In this document: positions 50,369 to 60,400 of the stretch, one piece after another | Layout of the letters: each line of letters opens with the position of its first letter | Numbering within the stretch: position 1 is the stretch's first letter | DNA from: an uncultured bacterium | Lineage (GTDB): Bacteria > Zixibacteria > MSB-5A5 > GN15 > FEB-12 | NCBI GenBank assembly: GCA_965372795.1 | Contig: CBDVDR010000019.1 | Coordinates: forward strand, 1 to 64,000 | Length of the DNA: 64,000 bases | Direction: 5' to 3' | The notes under the pieces: generated by a model | Seen by the model: only the letters and a program-made list of their open reading frames with translations | Database searches by the model: none | What the model was told of the DNA's origin: nothing | Translations under genes and position numbers: made by a program

Positions 50369-51283
50369 TTAGAGCTTATAGGTTATTTTTATATATGGCG
50401 TATCCCATTTTGAATAGGATGATTTCATTGCGCCTCTTATTTTCAACTGGCTGAATTCATGTTCTGACATTGACATTGCTTTGTTATGTTTGTTTGTAGA
50501 GATCAAAGCTTCAAAAGCACTTATTATATGATTAAACATAATCATATAAGTCATCTGTTTGGCTTTATCAAATTTATTATTGGCGTCATTTCTCATTGTT
50601 TCATACTGTAACCGTCTTGAAGAAGTTGGGATAGTATTATCATCCCCTGTTATCTTCACTAAATCTCCACCATCGATAAAGTCTTGAAAAGAAAGTCCGC
50701 CGATGGAAGCATCATCCCAACCCCAGGCGAACTGGTTATATTTTCCGGTCATTTCATAATATTGTTGAGTATTCGTAGTTGGTAAGTGATGAGTCACATC
50801 GTTAATGGCTGTATCAGAGGTCTGCCCCCATAAGGTATATAAGTAAGTAGTGTAATCATCTCGTGACCAGTGCTGGAGACTATAGGCTTCATTAACATCA
50901 GTCAATTTATCACCATCATCATTAAATTTAATATTCATATATATCCCGGCAACTTCGGCACCGAAAAAGATAAACGATTTAACTTTGCTGCCATTATAAT
51001 ATTGTCCGAGTCCGGGAACAGCCAGAGAAAGCAGAAAGGCTTTGGTAGGAGATTTTTTTGAAAATTCAGAGTTTTCAATTTCCTGTCCAAAATTTTCATT
51101 CAACTGCTTTTCTGAATCTGAGAATTCATCAACTGAATAAGCCATCGACAGAGTCGAATACTTCACTTTTTCTAATTCAAGCTGAAGCTGACTTTCTTCA
51201 AATTCCAAGGCGTTGGCAATATTTACAATTGCCAATAATGGCAAGAGCAAAATAATTAAACCGATTTTTTTTCTTCTAACCAT
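50369..51283 (-). CDS. Hypothetical exported/membrane protein (DUF5683-like)
   Basis: Signal peptide; KSPTKAFLLSLAVPGLGQYY, QQYYEMTGKYNQFAWGWDD and NHIISAFEA. Confidence 0.65.
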   Translation of the reverse strand: MVRRKKIGLIILLLPLLAIVNIANALEFEESQLQLELEKVKYSTLSMAYSVDEFSDSEKQLNENFGQEIENSEFSKKSPTKAFLLSLAVPGLGQYYNGSKVKSFIFFGAEVAGIYMNIKFNDDGDKLTDVNEAYSLQHWSRDDYTTYLYTLWGQTSDTAINDVTHHLPTTNTQQYYEMTGKYNQFAWGWDDASIGGLSFQDFIDGGDLVKITGDDNTIPTSSRRLQYETMRNDANNKFDKAKQMTYMIMFNHIISAFEALISTNKHNKAMSMSEHEFSQLKIRGAMKSSYSKWDTPYIKITYKL

Positions 51284-51295
51284 ACAAATTTCCTT

Positions 51296-54200
51296 TTATC
51301 TTATAACTGCAATATCAGTGAAGGCTTTTTCTATTTGCCCGTTAAAATCTGCTTCAATCACACAGCGATACACACCCGGTGAGATATTATTACATTCCCA
51401 AATTTGTTCATTAACGCCGACAAATGTCGAGCCGTCAAACTGTGAAATTTCTTCTCCCGCCAAATTATAGATGCTCAACGAAACATCATCGGCAATCTGA
51501 TTAAGGGTATACCTAATCGTAGTGGCGCCAATAGTTACCGGATTGGGATAGCAATAATAGCTTTCCTCCGGCAGTAAATTAGTCGACAATCCCGGGGTTG
51601 TCAGTTTGGTCATATCAATAGCAAAACTTCCCGAAGCATCAGCCCCGTTCATCAACCACGCTCCGGTCATCGTATTTAATTCCCCAGCCCAGAAATCCCA
51701 TAAGTAAAACCAGCCGTCATCCCCAATATAGCCAAGCTTGGCGCCATCGGAGGCATCGACAATAACTGCCGGACTGTTACTGCGTTCACCACCGGATAAT
51801 GGGAATCCGAAGGTAGCTTTATTCCCGAAAGAATAAACATTTCCAATCTCAGTAGGGAAAATTATCTGAGCCACTCCCCTTGATTGTAAATCAGCAGCGA
51901 CTGGTGAAGCTATGACAGGATCCTCAGGATAGCGATCATCAATTTGTATTGGATAGTTTGATATCAAATTCATTCTCAAATCAAACGCATATAAATTACC
52001 AATGCCACCGACAACAATATCAGGATAACTGTCAAAATCAACATCTGTTGCCATCGGGCGAATTGTAAAATCAAATCCAGTTTCATCAGTTTGTTTAATT
52101 GAAAATATTTGGTCGGGATCAGTCATACTCTCATCTACTTCGACATAAATTAACTTGCCCTCTTTTGAGGCGGCAACAACTTCAAATATTTCATCCCGAT
52201 CAACATCAACCAGTATCGGTCCTAAATCAAAAACATCATTCAATGCAAATTCATCGGTTAAAACATCAGTATCAGAATCGTAATAATACAAATTCGAATT
52301 GCCTACCGTTCCTGCCAGAATTATTAGATCTTCCCCTATCCGGCAAGTGCCCAAAATTGAGTCAGTTTGCAAATCGTAAGATACCGGTTCAGAGTCATCA
52401 AATCCTTTTTTTACATAAAGCAGACCGGAATTAGTAACCACGTATAGAATCTCACCAAATGATATCTCCTGTGGCCAGCCAAAAGTTACAAACGAAATAA
52501 AATTATCTGCTTGAGCATCATCGTTATTGTCTTGAAGGGCATTTACTATAACCGCACCGGAGTCAATATCTAACAATATCCCGACTGCGACAAGTTTCGT
52601 TGAATCAAGCTCACCAAAATCCCCGGTAACAGGACCGGTTGTTATAAACCCGGGCGTCTGGAAATAAAGCGGGACTTCATTTTCAGAAGAACGATAGTGA
52701 TCATCACCTGTTATAAAATGCTCGCTGTCAAAGCGGGAAAATGATGCATCGGTATAAGTCGGACATGGATCACAAGTTGTTATAGTATTAATAAATGTCT
52801 CACCGGCTGTTGAGAAGGCAAGCACCATCTCATTTGATGCTGTTATAATCTCAGGTGACCCATCCCGGTCAAGATCATCAGCAATTACAGATAAGGGATT
52901 AAAATAAGAGACGACCGGTTGCCCGTTATTATCATTTAAAACCCCGGCAAAAAATCTATACCCACATCTGATTGGAAAATTATTGACCATTCCATCAGTT
53001 TCGACATTAAATTTTACAACGGTATCAAGTGGTTGAAAAGCAAAATCAATCATTGCCGAATCGCGCCTGATTTCTGTTATACGAATGTGCGTATTGTTTC
53101 CGGTGTTATCAATGCTTGGTGGATTTGTATTCGGTGTCAGAGAATTATTTCTATCTTCGCGGTACATGTCATCTTCACCGCCAAAGCCGGCATTATAAAA
53201 ACCGCCAAAGCCAACTAAACCATCAGCTTCAACTATTCTAATAAATCTTTTATCAGCATCAAGCTGTAACTGGTTTTCATAAAAATTATTTATACCGTTG
53301 CCGTTAAAATCCATTCTTGCCACAGATTCATCAACATGATAGATCAAAACACCTGATCCGGGCATTAAATGATCGTACTCTCCGGTAAGTTCACGATTGG
53401 CATTGCTTGGTCCCAAAATTACACTGGTAGCTGGATCAGCTAAAATAAAGGTCGGTAAATTATCTGTGTCCATCACCCGATTCTCAATTAAATAATACTC
53501 ATCATCAGAAATCGGAACGCGTGCAATCTTGATTCCATCAGAAACAATTTCAGCTGCAACCAATCGGATATCTGATCCCTGTCGAAAATCAACAACCTCT
53601 TCAAATCCTAAATATGCCCGTGACCAGGCACATGGGAACAGAGGATTGATTCCAAACACAGAGCCGACCGGAAAACCAAAATCAATTCCGGTTCCGAATC
53701 CATTATTATCCATTAAGGCAAAATCACCTAATTGAGTTCGAAAACTGCCGGTGCGATAAAGATCAACCAAACCCAGTTGATGCCCAAATTCATGAGCCAG
53801 CACAGCATTCATCGCCGTTGCCCGATTATCCTGGCTGATTGCTTCCGGCACAAGGAGAGCGGTACGAATAGTATCAACCCCGCCATCAACCGGTACACCA
53901 TTTTCAAAAACTGTTCCATCTTCAGCTTCAATTTGGCTCCCAAATCTTATAAATCCCGTAAACATATCATTGCAGGTTGGTGGAAACCCAATATTATTCT
54001 GCTGGTCAGTCCCGGCATGGAATAACATAATCGACTCATAGTTTCCAAATTCTATCTCAGGTGTAGTTGAATCTGCAAGTCGAATACAATCGACAAAATA
54101 TCTTTCAAGTCCGGCGATAATCGAATCAAAATCTAACTCATCAGCACAAGCGCCATAAAAACTCATATCATTAGGCAACTGATAAATGGAATCCTTACCA

Positions 54201-54685
54201 CTTGGATAAACATCCCAGGTTAAATGTAATTTACCCTGTGAAACAGTTAAGTAATATTCACTCAAGGCTTTCAAGTGTGCATCAAAATAATTAGAGTCAT
54301 GCGGAGGCGGGTCAATATAATGTTCGTTCTCATTATAAAATGCGGCTGAATCTGCAGAAAGATTCATATGTCCCCGACCGGTTGTGTTCGGATTGTCTTC
54401 GGTTTCATAAATAAAATTATAACGCAAGACCAGAATATTTACCGTTCGGTCATCGGCAAGGGCTTTGTCCGGAAGCGACCATGGTTTTTCCCGGGTCAGA
54501 CCGAACGAAATTCGATCTTCTGCCTTAGGTATTAAACACCGATGAATAATATGATCATCACCGGTTTCGTTTGGGCGTACTGTTTTTATACCGTCAAGAA
54601 GTTTACCTTCACCAGCAATAGTCATCGCTGATGAAGTTATAAACAAAATCAGTATTACAAATAAAATCCTATTTAATTTATCCAA
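51296..54685 (-). CDS. M6-like zinc metalloprotease with FG-GAP-like repeats and T9SS C-terminal sorting domain
   Basis: Signal peptide; LFHAG, AHEFGHQLGLVDLY, YYLIENR and GVLIYHVDE; DLDRDGSPEI-type repeats; CTD YCYPNP...IYNLAGE...PGVY. Confidence 0.8.
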   Translation of the reverse strand: MDKLNRILFVILILFITSSAMTIAGEGKLLDGIKTVRPNETGDDHIIHRCLIPKAEDRISFGLTREKPWSLPDKALADDRTVNILVLRYNFIYETEDNPNTTGRGHMNLSADSAAFYNENEHYIDPPPHDSNYFDAHLKALSEYYLTVSQGKLHLTWDVYPSGKDSIYQLPNDMSFYGACADELDFDSIIAGLERYFVDCIRLADSTTPEIEFGNYESIMLFHAGTDQQNNIGFPPTCNDMFTGFIRFGSQIEAEDGTVFENGVPVDGGVDTIRTALLVPEAISQDNRATAMNAVLAHEFGHQLGLVDLYRTGSFRTQLGDFALMDNNGFGTGIDFGFPVGSVFGINPLFPCAWSRAYLGFEEVVDFRQGSDIRLVAAEIVSDGIKIARVPISDDEYYLIENRVMDTDNLPTFILADPATSVILGPSNANRELTGEYDHLMPGSGVLIYHVDESVARMDFNGNGINNFYENQLQLDADKRFIRIVEADGLVGFGGFYNAGFGGEDDMYREDRNNSLTPNTNPPSIDNTGNNTHIRITEIRRDSAMIDFAFQPLDTVVKFNVETDGMVNNFPIRCGYRFFAGVLNDNNGQPVVSYFNPLSVIADDLDRDGSPEIITASNEMVLAFSTAGETFINTITTCDPCPTYTDASFSRFDSEHFITGDDHYRSSENEVPLYFQTPGFITTGPVTGDFGELDSTKLVAVGILLDIDSGAVIVNALQDNNDDAQADNFISFVTFGWPQEISFGEILYVVTNSGLLYVKKGFDDSEPVSYDLQTDSILGTCRIGEDLIILAGTVGNSNLYYYDSDTDVLTDEFALNDVFDLGPILVDVDRDEIFEVVAASKEGKLIYVEVDESMTDPDQIFSIKQTDETGFDFTIRPMATDVDFDSYPDIVVGGIGNLYAFDLRMNLISNYPIQIDDRYPEDPVIASPVAADLQSRGVAQIIFPTEIGNVYSFGNKATFGFPLSGGERSNSPAVIVDASDGAKLGYIGDDGWFYLWDFWAGELNTMTGAWLMNGADASGSFAIDMTKLTTPGLSTNLLPEESYYCYPNPVTIGATTIRYTLNQIADDVSLSIYNLAGEEISQFDGSTFVGVNEQIWECNNISPGVYRCVIEADFNGQIEKAFTDIAVIR

Positions 54686-54705
54686 CTCCCTTTACTCCGC
54701 TTAAA

Positions 54706-57483
54706 TTATGGAAGGATTGATATTGACATGCGCAATGTATTTGCCAGAACAACATCTTTGTTACTCGGGATATAGGCAAAATCAATTTTTAACATATCAA
54801 TTGGTTTTAGTCCAAATCCTAAAGTAACCGTTTCAATCTGTCCTTCCTGATCATATATATAACCACCGCGAAGTGCAAGGATATTACCATACATAAATTC
54901 AGCACCGCCATTTAAAATCATACCATTTCTTGGTTTAAACTCATCAAATCCGTCATCCAAACCAACCAGCATTTTATTAGTTTCCATAGTCACTAACAGC
55001 TGATAGTAGTCAGAAGTCAGGAGTTTATAAGCAAAGCCTAAAGAAAAATTTGTCGGGAGCGGGTCTGACTGAGCCGCATCAATATAAGACATCTCCGGAC
55101 CTATATTTGTGATAGCCATACCAAGGGTTAATCGAGGTGTCCATTTATATAGGAATCCAAAATCTACTGCCATTGCGGTTGAGGTCCCTTTACCAACTTC
55201 AGTACCGGCACCCTGCTCCGCAAGACGCGAATAAATAATTTTGGTCGAGACACCACCATAAAGTTTGTTAGTAAGCGAAGTACCATAGGAAATGGTCCCG
55301 GCAATATCAAAGGCTTCAAAGGATCCTAAGTCAATGCCGGTTTCACCGGTACGGGAAATTGAACCATATGTAATGAAAGAAACATTACCACCAAATGTGC
55401 CCCAACCTTCTTTGTTGGTAACTACGGAAAAGAATTCATAATACATATCACTGGCAAGTTCCGGAAGCCAGTTCACATGCATTAATGCAAATTCAGTCCG
55501 TCCATTGGCTTTGATTACTATTTTTTCATTACTGGCAAACCAGATTTCATCATCAATACTTGAGATGTCAACCACTGATACATTTTCTAATCCATTCAAT
55601 CCAACTCGACGCCACTCTCCGTCAAATTCGATCAATCCTTCCGCTGTTGCAAAGTAGATTAGTCCGCCACTAACTGAGATGTCATTAACATACACAGCAG
55701 CCGGATTGCGATAGACTTTAAGAATGGCTCCTTCACTCAAATTTTCAGAAGAAAGATCATTCAATGCTTGCAGGCTTTTCATATAGTTGGCTTTATCAGA
55801 TTCATTTTTAGATGTTTTCATACTAACAATATCAGCCAGGGATTGTCCGGCTTCAACGACATGATCTTTATATCCCGGTAAACTCCATTTATGACCATCA
55901 AACATTGCAATACCAAATTCGGTACCAACCCATAGACGGTTTTTCTGATCGATTTGTATCGAGTTTACTTTACCTTTTAATCCAACAAGATAAGGAGCCC
56001 GTATAACATTTCCCGGAGTAAAAGCATTATTGAGATCAAATTTTTCGTTTGAAGCGGTTTCTTCTTTAACGATTGTTTCAGTAGCTGCTATAGTATCAAC
56101 CATTGTAGTGTCAGAATTTTCAACTTTGATTTCTTCAACAACAGGAGCAGCAGTTTGAATCATTGCCTGGTAATCAAGATTTACTTTTTCAAGCTTATTT
56201 ATAAATTCAGACTTTTCTTTATCAGAGCCATAAAGGGTCAGTCTGTCAGCAACTTTTTCGCGGGTATCATCAACTACAACCGTATAATCATGGCTGTTTG
56301 ACCAGTAATTACCATCATAATGATATAAATCATCATCAATCACAGCCCAGATATTTGTCAATGAATTTGCAGCAATAGCTGAGATAACCCCATTAGGAAT
56401 AACGGTTGAATCAGCAATAGATGTTAAACCCAGTTTTGTTAAAACTGAAATACCTTTATCGGTTCCGACAAGAATTCTTCCTTCTAAAGGACAAAGTGAA
56501 GTAATTTTATTGGAAGGCAGGTTTGATTCTGTTGTATAAATTTTCCAACGACGAGAATCAAAAGTTACTAATCCTTCGTCCGTTCCAAAAGCCAGCATTT
56601 TCTTTGTAGATGCAACAATATTAGGTTCGCTTGAAAATATAATCGAATATGGAACTTTTAATTCTTCCGGTAAAAATCTGTTTTTTGATTTTTCAACGGC
56701 GAAGTTAATCTTATCTAATTCATTTTCATTTAATACAGAATCTTTCATTCCGTTGATAAATTCATTTTCAATTTTTTGGTATCGTTCCCAGTTGATCAAA
56801 CAAGCATCATAAGAAACAATTAATGTATCGAATTGATCTTTCAGTGATTGGAACATTGAATAATCTTCCGGTACTTTTGAAATAATTGTATCGCGAAGAG
56901 CCTGGACAGTTTCAAAAGAATACTTACTGTTTATTCGGGCAACTCTTTTTGACATCTCGGCAATACGAGTTTCATTCGAAATGCCGAAATAAGAAATTAT
57001 AATATTTTCGAGGGTCTGATTGGTTTTTGTATCAAAAATTTCTTCAAAATGCCAGCGTTTATTATCATAGCGGGCAAGCCCTTTAGAAGTAAGGACCCAT
57101 AAATCATAAGCCATGTAATCACTTCCCGAACCGGTTTCAAGGGAAGTAAATGATTTTAATACTGCCCTTTCAACTTCGGCAGTAACGGTACTATCGTCTG
57201 ATTCTGCACTTTTGACAATATCGTTCCATAGGTTTGAAGGTATTTTTACTTCATTCCAGCTATCAGCCATCGGATAAGCACCCAGACCAGCCGGATTCCA
57301 ATGGGTAGCGGTAGCATCATCGGCTATGGCAACAAAGGCATCGCCCATACCTGCCGGACGAGAACCCGGAGCAATCCGTAAAAATAGAACAGCCGCATCC
57401 GAAATATCAGCAAAGGTATCTGAGGCTGCTCCAAAAATAAAGGTGATCATCAAAAGTAAAAGAATCAACTTGCGCAATAACAT
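54706..57483 (-). CDS. porV: PorV/PorQ (FadL-like) family protein with a large internal propeller/LysM-like insertion
   Basis: N-terminal FLRIAPGSRPAGMGDAFVAIADDATATHWNPAGL; barrel resumes about aa 664 (HVNWLPELASDMYYEF...NIGP...DPLPTN...ALRGGY...DFAY); lies downstream of porU. Confidence 0.8.
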   Translation of the reverse strand: MLLRKLILLLLMITFIFGAASDTFADISDAAVLFLRIAPGSRPAGMGDAFVAIADDATATHWNPAGLGAYPMADSWNEVKIPSNLWNDIVKSAESDDSTVTAEVERAVLKSFTSLETGSGSDYMAYDLWVLTSKGLARYDNKRWHFEEIFDTKTNQTLENIIISYFGISNETRIAEMSKRVARINSKYSFETVQALRDTIISKVPEDYSMFQSLKDQFDTLIVSYDACLINWERYQKIENEFINGMKDSVLNENELDKINFAVEKSKNRFLPEELKVPYSIIFSSEPNIVASTKKMLAFGTDEGLVTFDSRRWKIYTTESNLPSNKITSLCPLEGRILVGTDKGISVLTKLGLTSIADSTVIPNGVISAIAANSLTNIWAVIDDDLYHYDGNYWSNSHDYTVVVDDTREKVADRLTLYGSDKEKSEFINKLEKVNLDYQAMIQTAAPVVEEIKVENSDTTMVDTIAATETIVKEETASNEKFDLNNAFTPGNVIRAPYLVGLKGKVNSIQIDQKNRLWVGTEFGIAMFDGHKWSLPGYKDHVVEAGQSLADIVSMKTSKNESDKANYMKSLQALNDLSSENLSEGAILKVYRNPAAVYVNDISVSGGLIYFATAEGLIEFDGEWRRVGLNGLENVSVVDISSIDDEIWFASNEKIVIKANGRTEFALMHVNWLPELASDMYYEFFSVVTNKEGWGTFGGNVSFITYGSISRTGETGIDLGSFEAFDIAGTISYGTSLTNKLYGGVSTKIIYSRLAEQGAGTEVGKGTSTAMAVDFGFLYKWTPRLTLGMAITNIGPEMSYIDAAQSDPLPTNFSLGFAYKLLTSDYYQLLVTMETNKMLVGLDDGFDEFKPRNGMILNGGAEFMYGNILALRGGYIYDQEGQIETVTLGFGLKPIDMLKIDFAYIPSNKDVVLANTLRMSISILP

Positions 57484-57497
57484 AGAAACTCCTGTAT

Positions 57498-60400
57498 TTA
57501 ATTAATAATTACTATTTTCCCAAATGATTCGGTAACAGTGCCGTCATTCTCACCGACAGCTGTTGCCTTATATATATAGACACCGGTTGCAACCCGATAT
57601 CTGTCAAAATCTTTGCCATACCAAACTATATCGTCATAATAGCCGGGATTTCTCCGGCTAAAATCATTAAATGATTTAATTTTTTTCCCCGAAAGCGTAA
57701 ATATTTCCACCGAGAGCTGACTAATCGGCTGAGTAATAGTAAATGAAAATATTGTTGAATCCTGCATTGGATTTGGATAGTTCAAGAGATCAACAATCTC
57801 AAACGATTCCGAGATAACTACGGTTCCTTCAAACTCGACTGATGATGAGTTGTTGGCGTTGTCCCAGGCTTTAATTTTAAAAGTGTGCAATCCCGGATCT
57901 AAATCTGTTATTTCATATTCTAAAGAACCAGATCTGAAATCATCACGCGTATATTCAAACAGTTCGGTCAGATTCAAAGTATTTTGCGGGTTGTTATCAA
58001 GCTCAAGCGTTATACCATGACCTAATCCGCCGGTTAAATTCAGTCCGGACGAATCTGAGAGAGTAATAATAATCTTATCACTTTTACCTATATAATCACC
58101 ACTGACAAAATCAGTTCTGCCGATAATTTCAAAATCAATGATCGGTCCGGCTGTATCGGTAGATAGTGCAATTTCTGAGGCAACCGAGATCGAGTCAATT
58201 AATCCAAAGCCATCTATATCATCAAGGATCGCATACACTGAAATCCTCGCACCTTCACCGCCATAACCAATATCAAGCGGTGGTACAAAATCAAATTCAA
58301 ACATCCCGTTTGTAACCGATGCGGTTCCTCTAAATATTGCCGGTCCGTTAACTGAATACTCGATTGTGTCTCTTGGCTTGTTACTTGCACCCAGTACGAA
58401 ATGAGTTTTATTCCGATCAGAATCAAATACGTTAACTGTTATCTCACCATCCTTCACAACCGTCAAATTATTCTCATCAATAATCCGACCGGAAATATGA
58501 ACCGGTTCAAGAGCTTTGATACTTGAGGCACTTTCATCAAATTCTATATCATATTTTGGAATCCCCAATTTCATCAGTGGATCTCCAAAGAACAAATATG
58601 CCTGATCATTATCTTCCCGGGATGGAGGATTAGTTTTATACTGCCTTAGTAATTTTGCGGTATACATAGCCTCACTAATCGTCAAGCTCTTATCATAAAG
58701 CATCACATCAAAAACTTTACGATTAAATGCAGCGTTAGGTCCTGAATAAACTCTTCGAGTTGCAGAAATAACCCCAATGCCACCACCATTAGGCATGACT
58801 AATAAATCTTCTGCCATCCCTTCTCGTTTGGGATCATCAAAAAAGGCAATCTCACAGGAGGCGGTAAACACCAAAGGAAGCTTATCAATATTGTTTAATC
58901 TTGGTAAGTCATCAGTACGGGTAAAAACATGTTCATGCGCCCATAAATCGGGGTTGCCATGACCAACATAATTTATTATCAAAGTACCATCATTGATATC
59001 ATTTACTATTGCATCATTGACTGCCGGCTTTTTGCGATTCACAAAAGGATATTCCCAAAGATAAATTTTATCACGCATAAATTCTGCCGGGATATGTTCT
59101 TTTTCAAGTTCTTCAGCTTGCTTGGTATGAAGGGATTCAAGGCTGCTTCTGGAAGTAAATTCATCATCGGCTACAATAGTAATATTTGTCCGCCAGTCGC
59201 CAAGATTTTCCTTTTGTTCATAACTTTTAATTTTTTCTATAACAACAGAAAGTTCGTCAATATTTCTTACCGGCCAACGAGCGGAAACCATATCGAACCC
59301 GCGATCAGGACTGACTGAGGATGTATCATAGGAAGTATCACTGTCAATAATGCCGTAATTTCCAAAATAAAGATAATTATCATCAGAATAAAACTGTTCA
59401 ACATCAAACGGATTTACAAAAGGCGGGATCAGATTCGGTACTCCGGTATTTAGAATATCATGAAAATCATAAGTACCATCCCCTATAAATAGAGCATGAG
59501 TAGGCGGAGTCATGATGTTTGATTCATATTCATACTTTAGATAATCACGGATCGCCGTCGGGTCATATAAACCAAATGAAAAGTTATCCATAATATCTTT
59601 AACATTTGTAACTAAAATTTTGTGCCCTTGAGAAGTCCTAAAATCCACATATTCAGAGATAGTTTCTTCAAATTCGTCAGGGGTTATAGCAATTAAATCC
59701 ATAGGTGCATGAGATGCTCGTAAATTTTTAACGAATACCGATTCAATTCGGGATGGTTTAAAATATTTATTATTAGAAGCGACAAAATAGCGGGAATGAT
59801 TTTCTGCTGAAAGATTTACCTGAAATGTTATAAATCCGCCCGTTTGACTATAATTGCTAATCAAATTCGGATAGCGTGGATTTGAAATATCGAAAAGCAA
59901 CGGAGCTGTAGAAAAGTTATCAAAAACTCTTACCTCAGCCAAACCGCCAATAAAACCTATCGGGATATCAAGCATATCATTTTCCGGAATCAACTGACTG
60001 GTATATTTTATATTTAGAAAATCAAAAAATGGCGGCGCATTTGAATATTCCTGCAATAAAATATCCATCTCATTTAATCCGTCAAGAAGATTTACAGCCT
60101 TATATTCACATTGATTGCTGTTACATTGTTTACCAACGGTTGTGATACCGTTAACATTTAAATCCATCCGTCCGCTATTGCCAACGCCGAATGTTTTACC
60201 AAAAAGAGTTATTAAGGCAGTATCTCCGAAGATACGAGCAGGAGTCGCAACAAAAAGATTTAACCTGTCTTCATCCGACCAATACCAGCGGTAGTAATCA
60301 TAAATTTCATTCGTGTTTAGTTTTCTTAATAAATTATCCTGCTCAACATGCACCATTCGATTAAATGTATTAATGATTGTGTCAGGAGTTCCCGCAGGAG

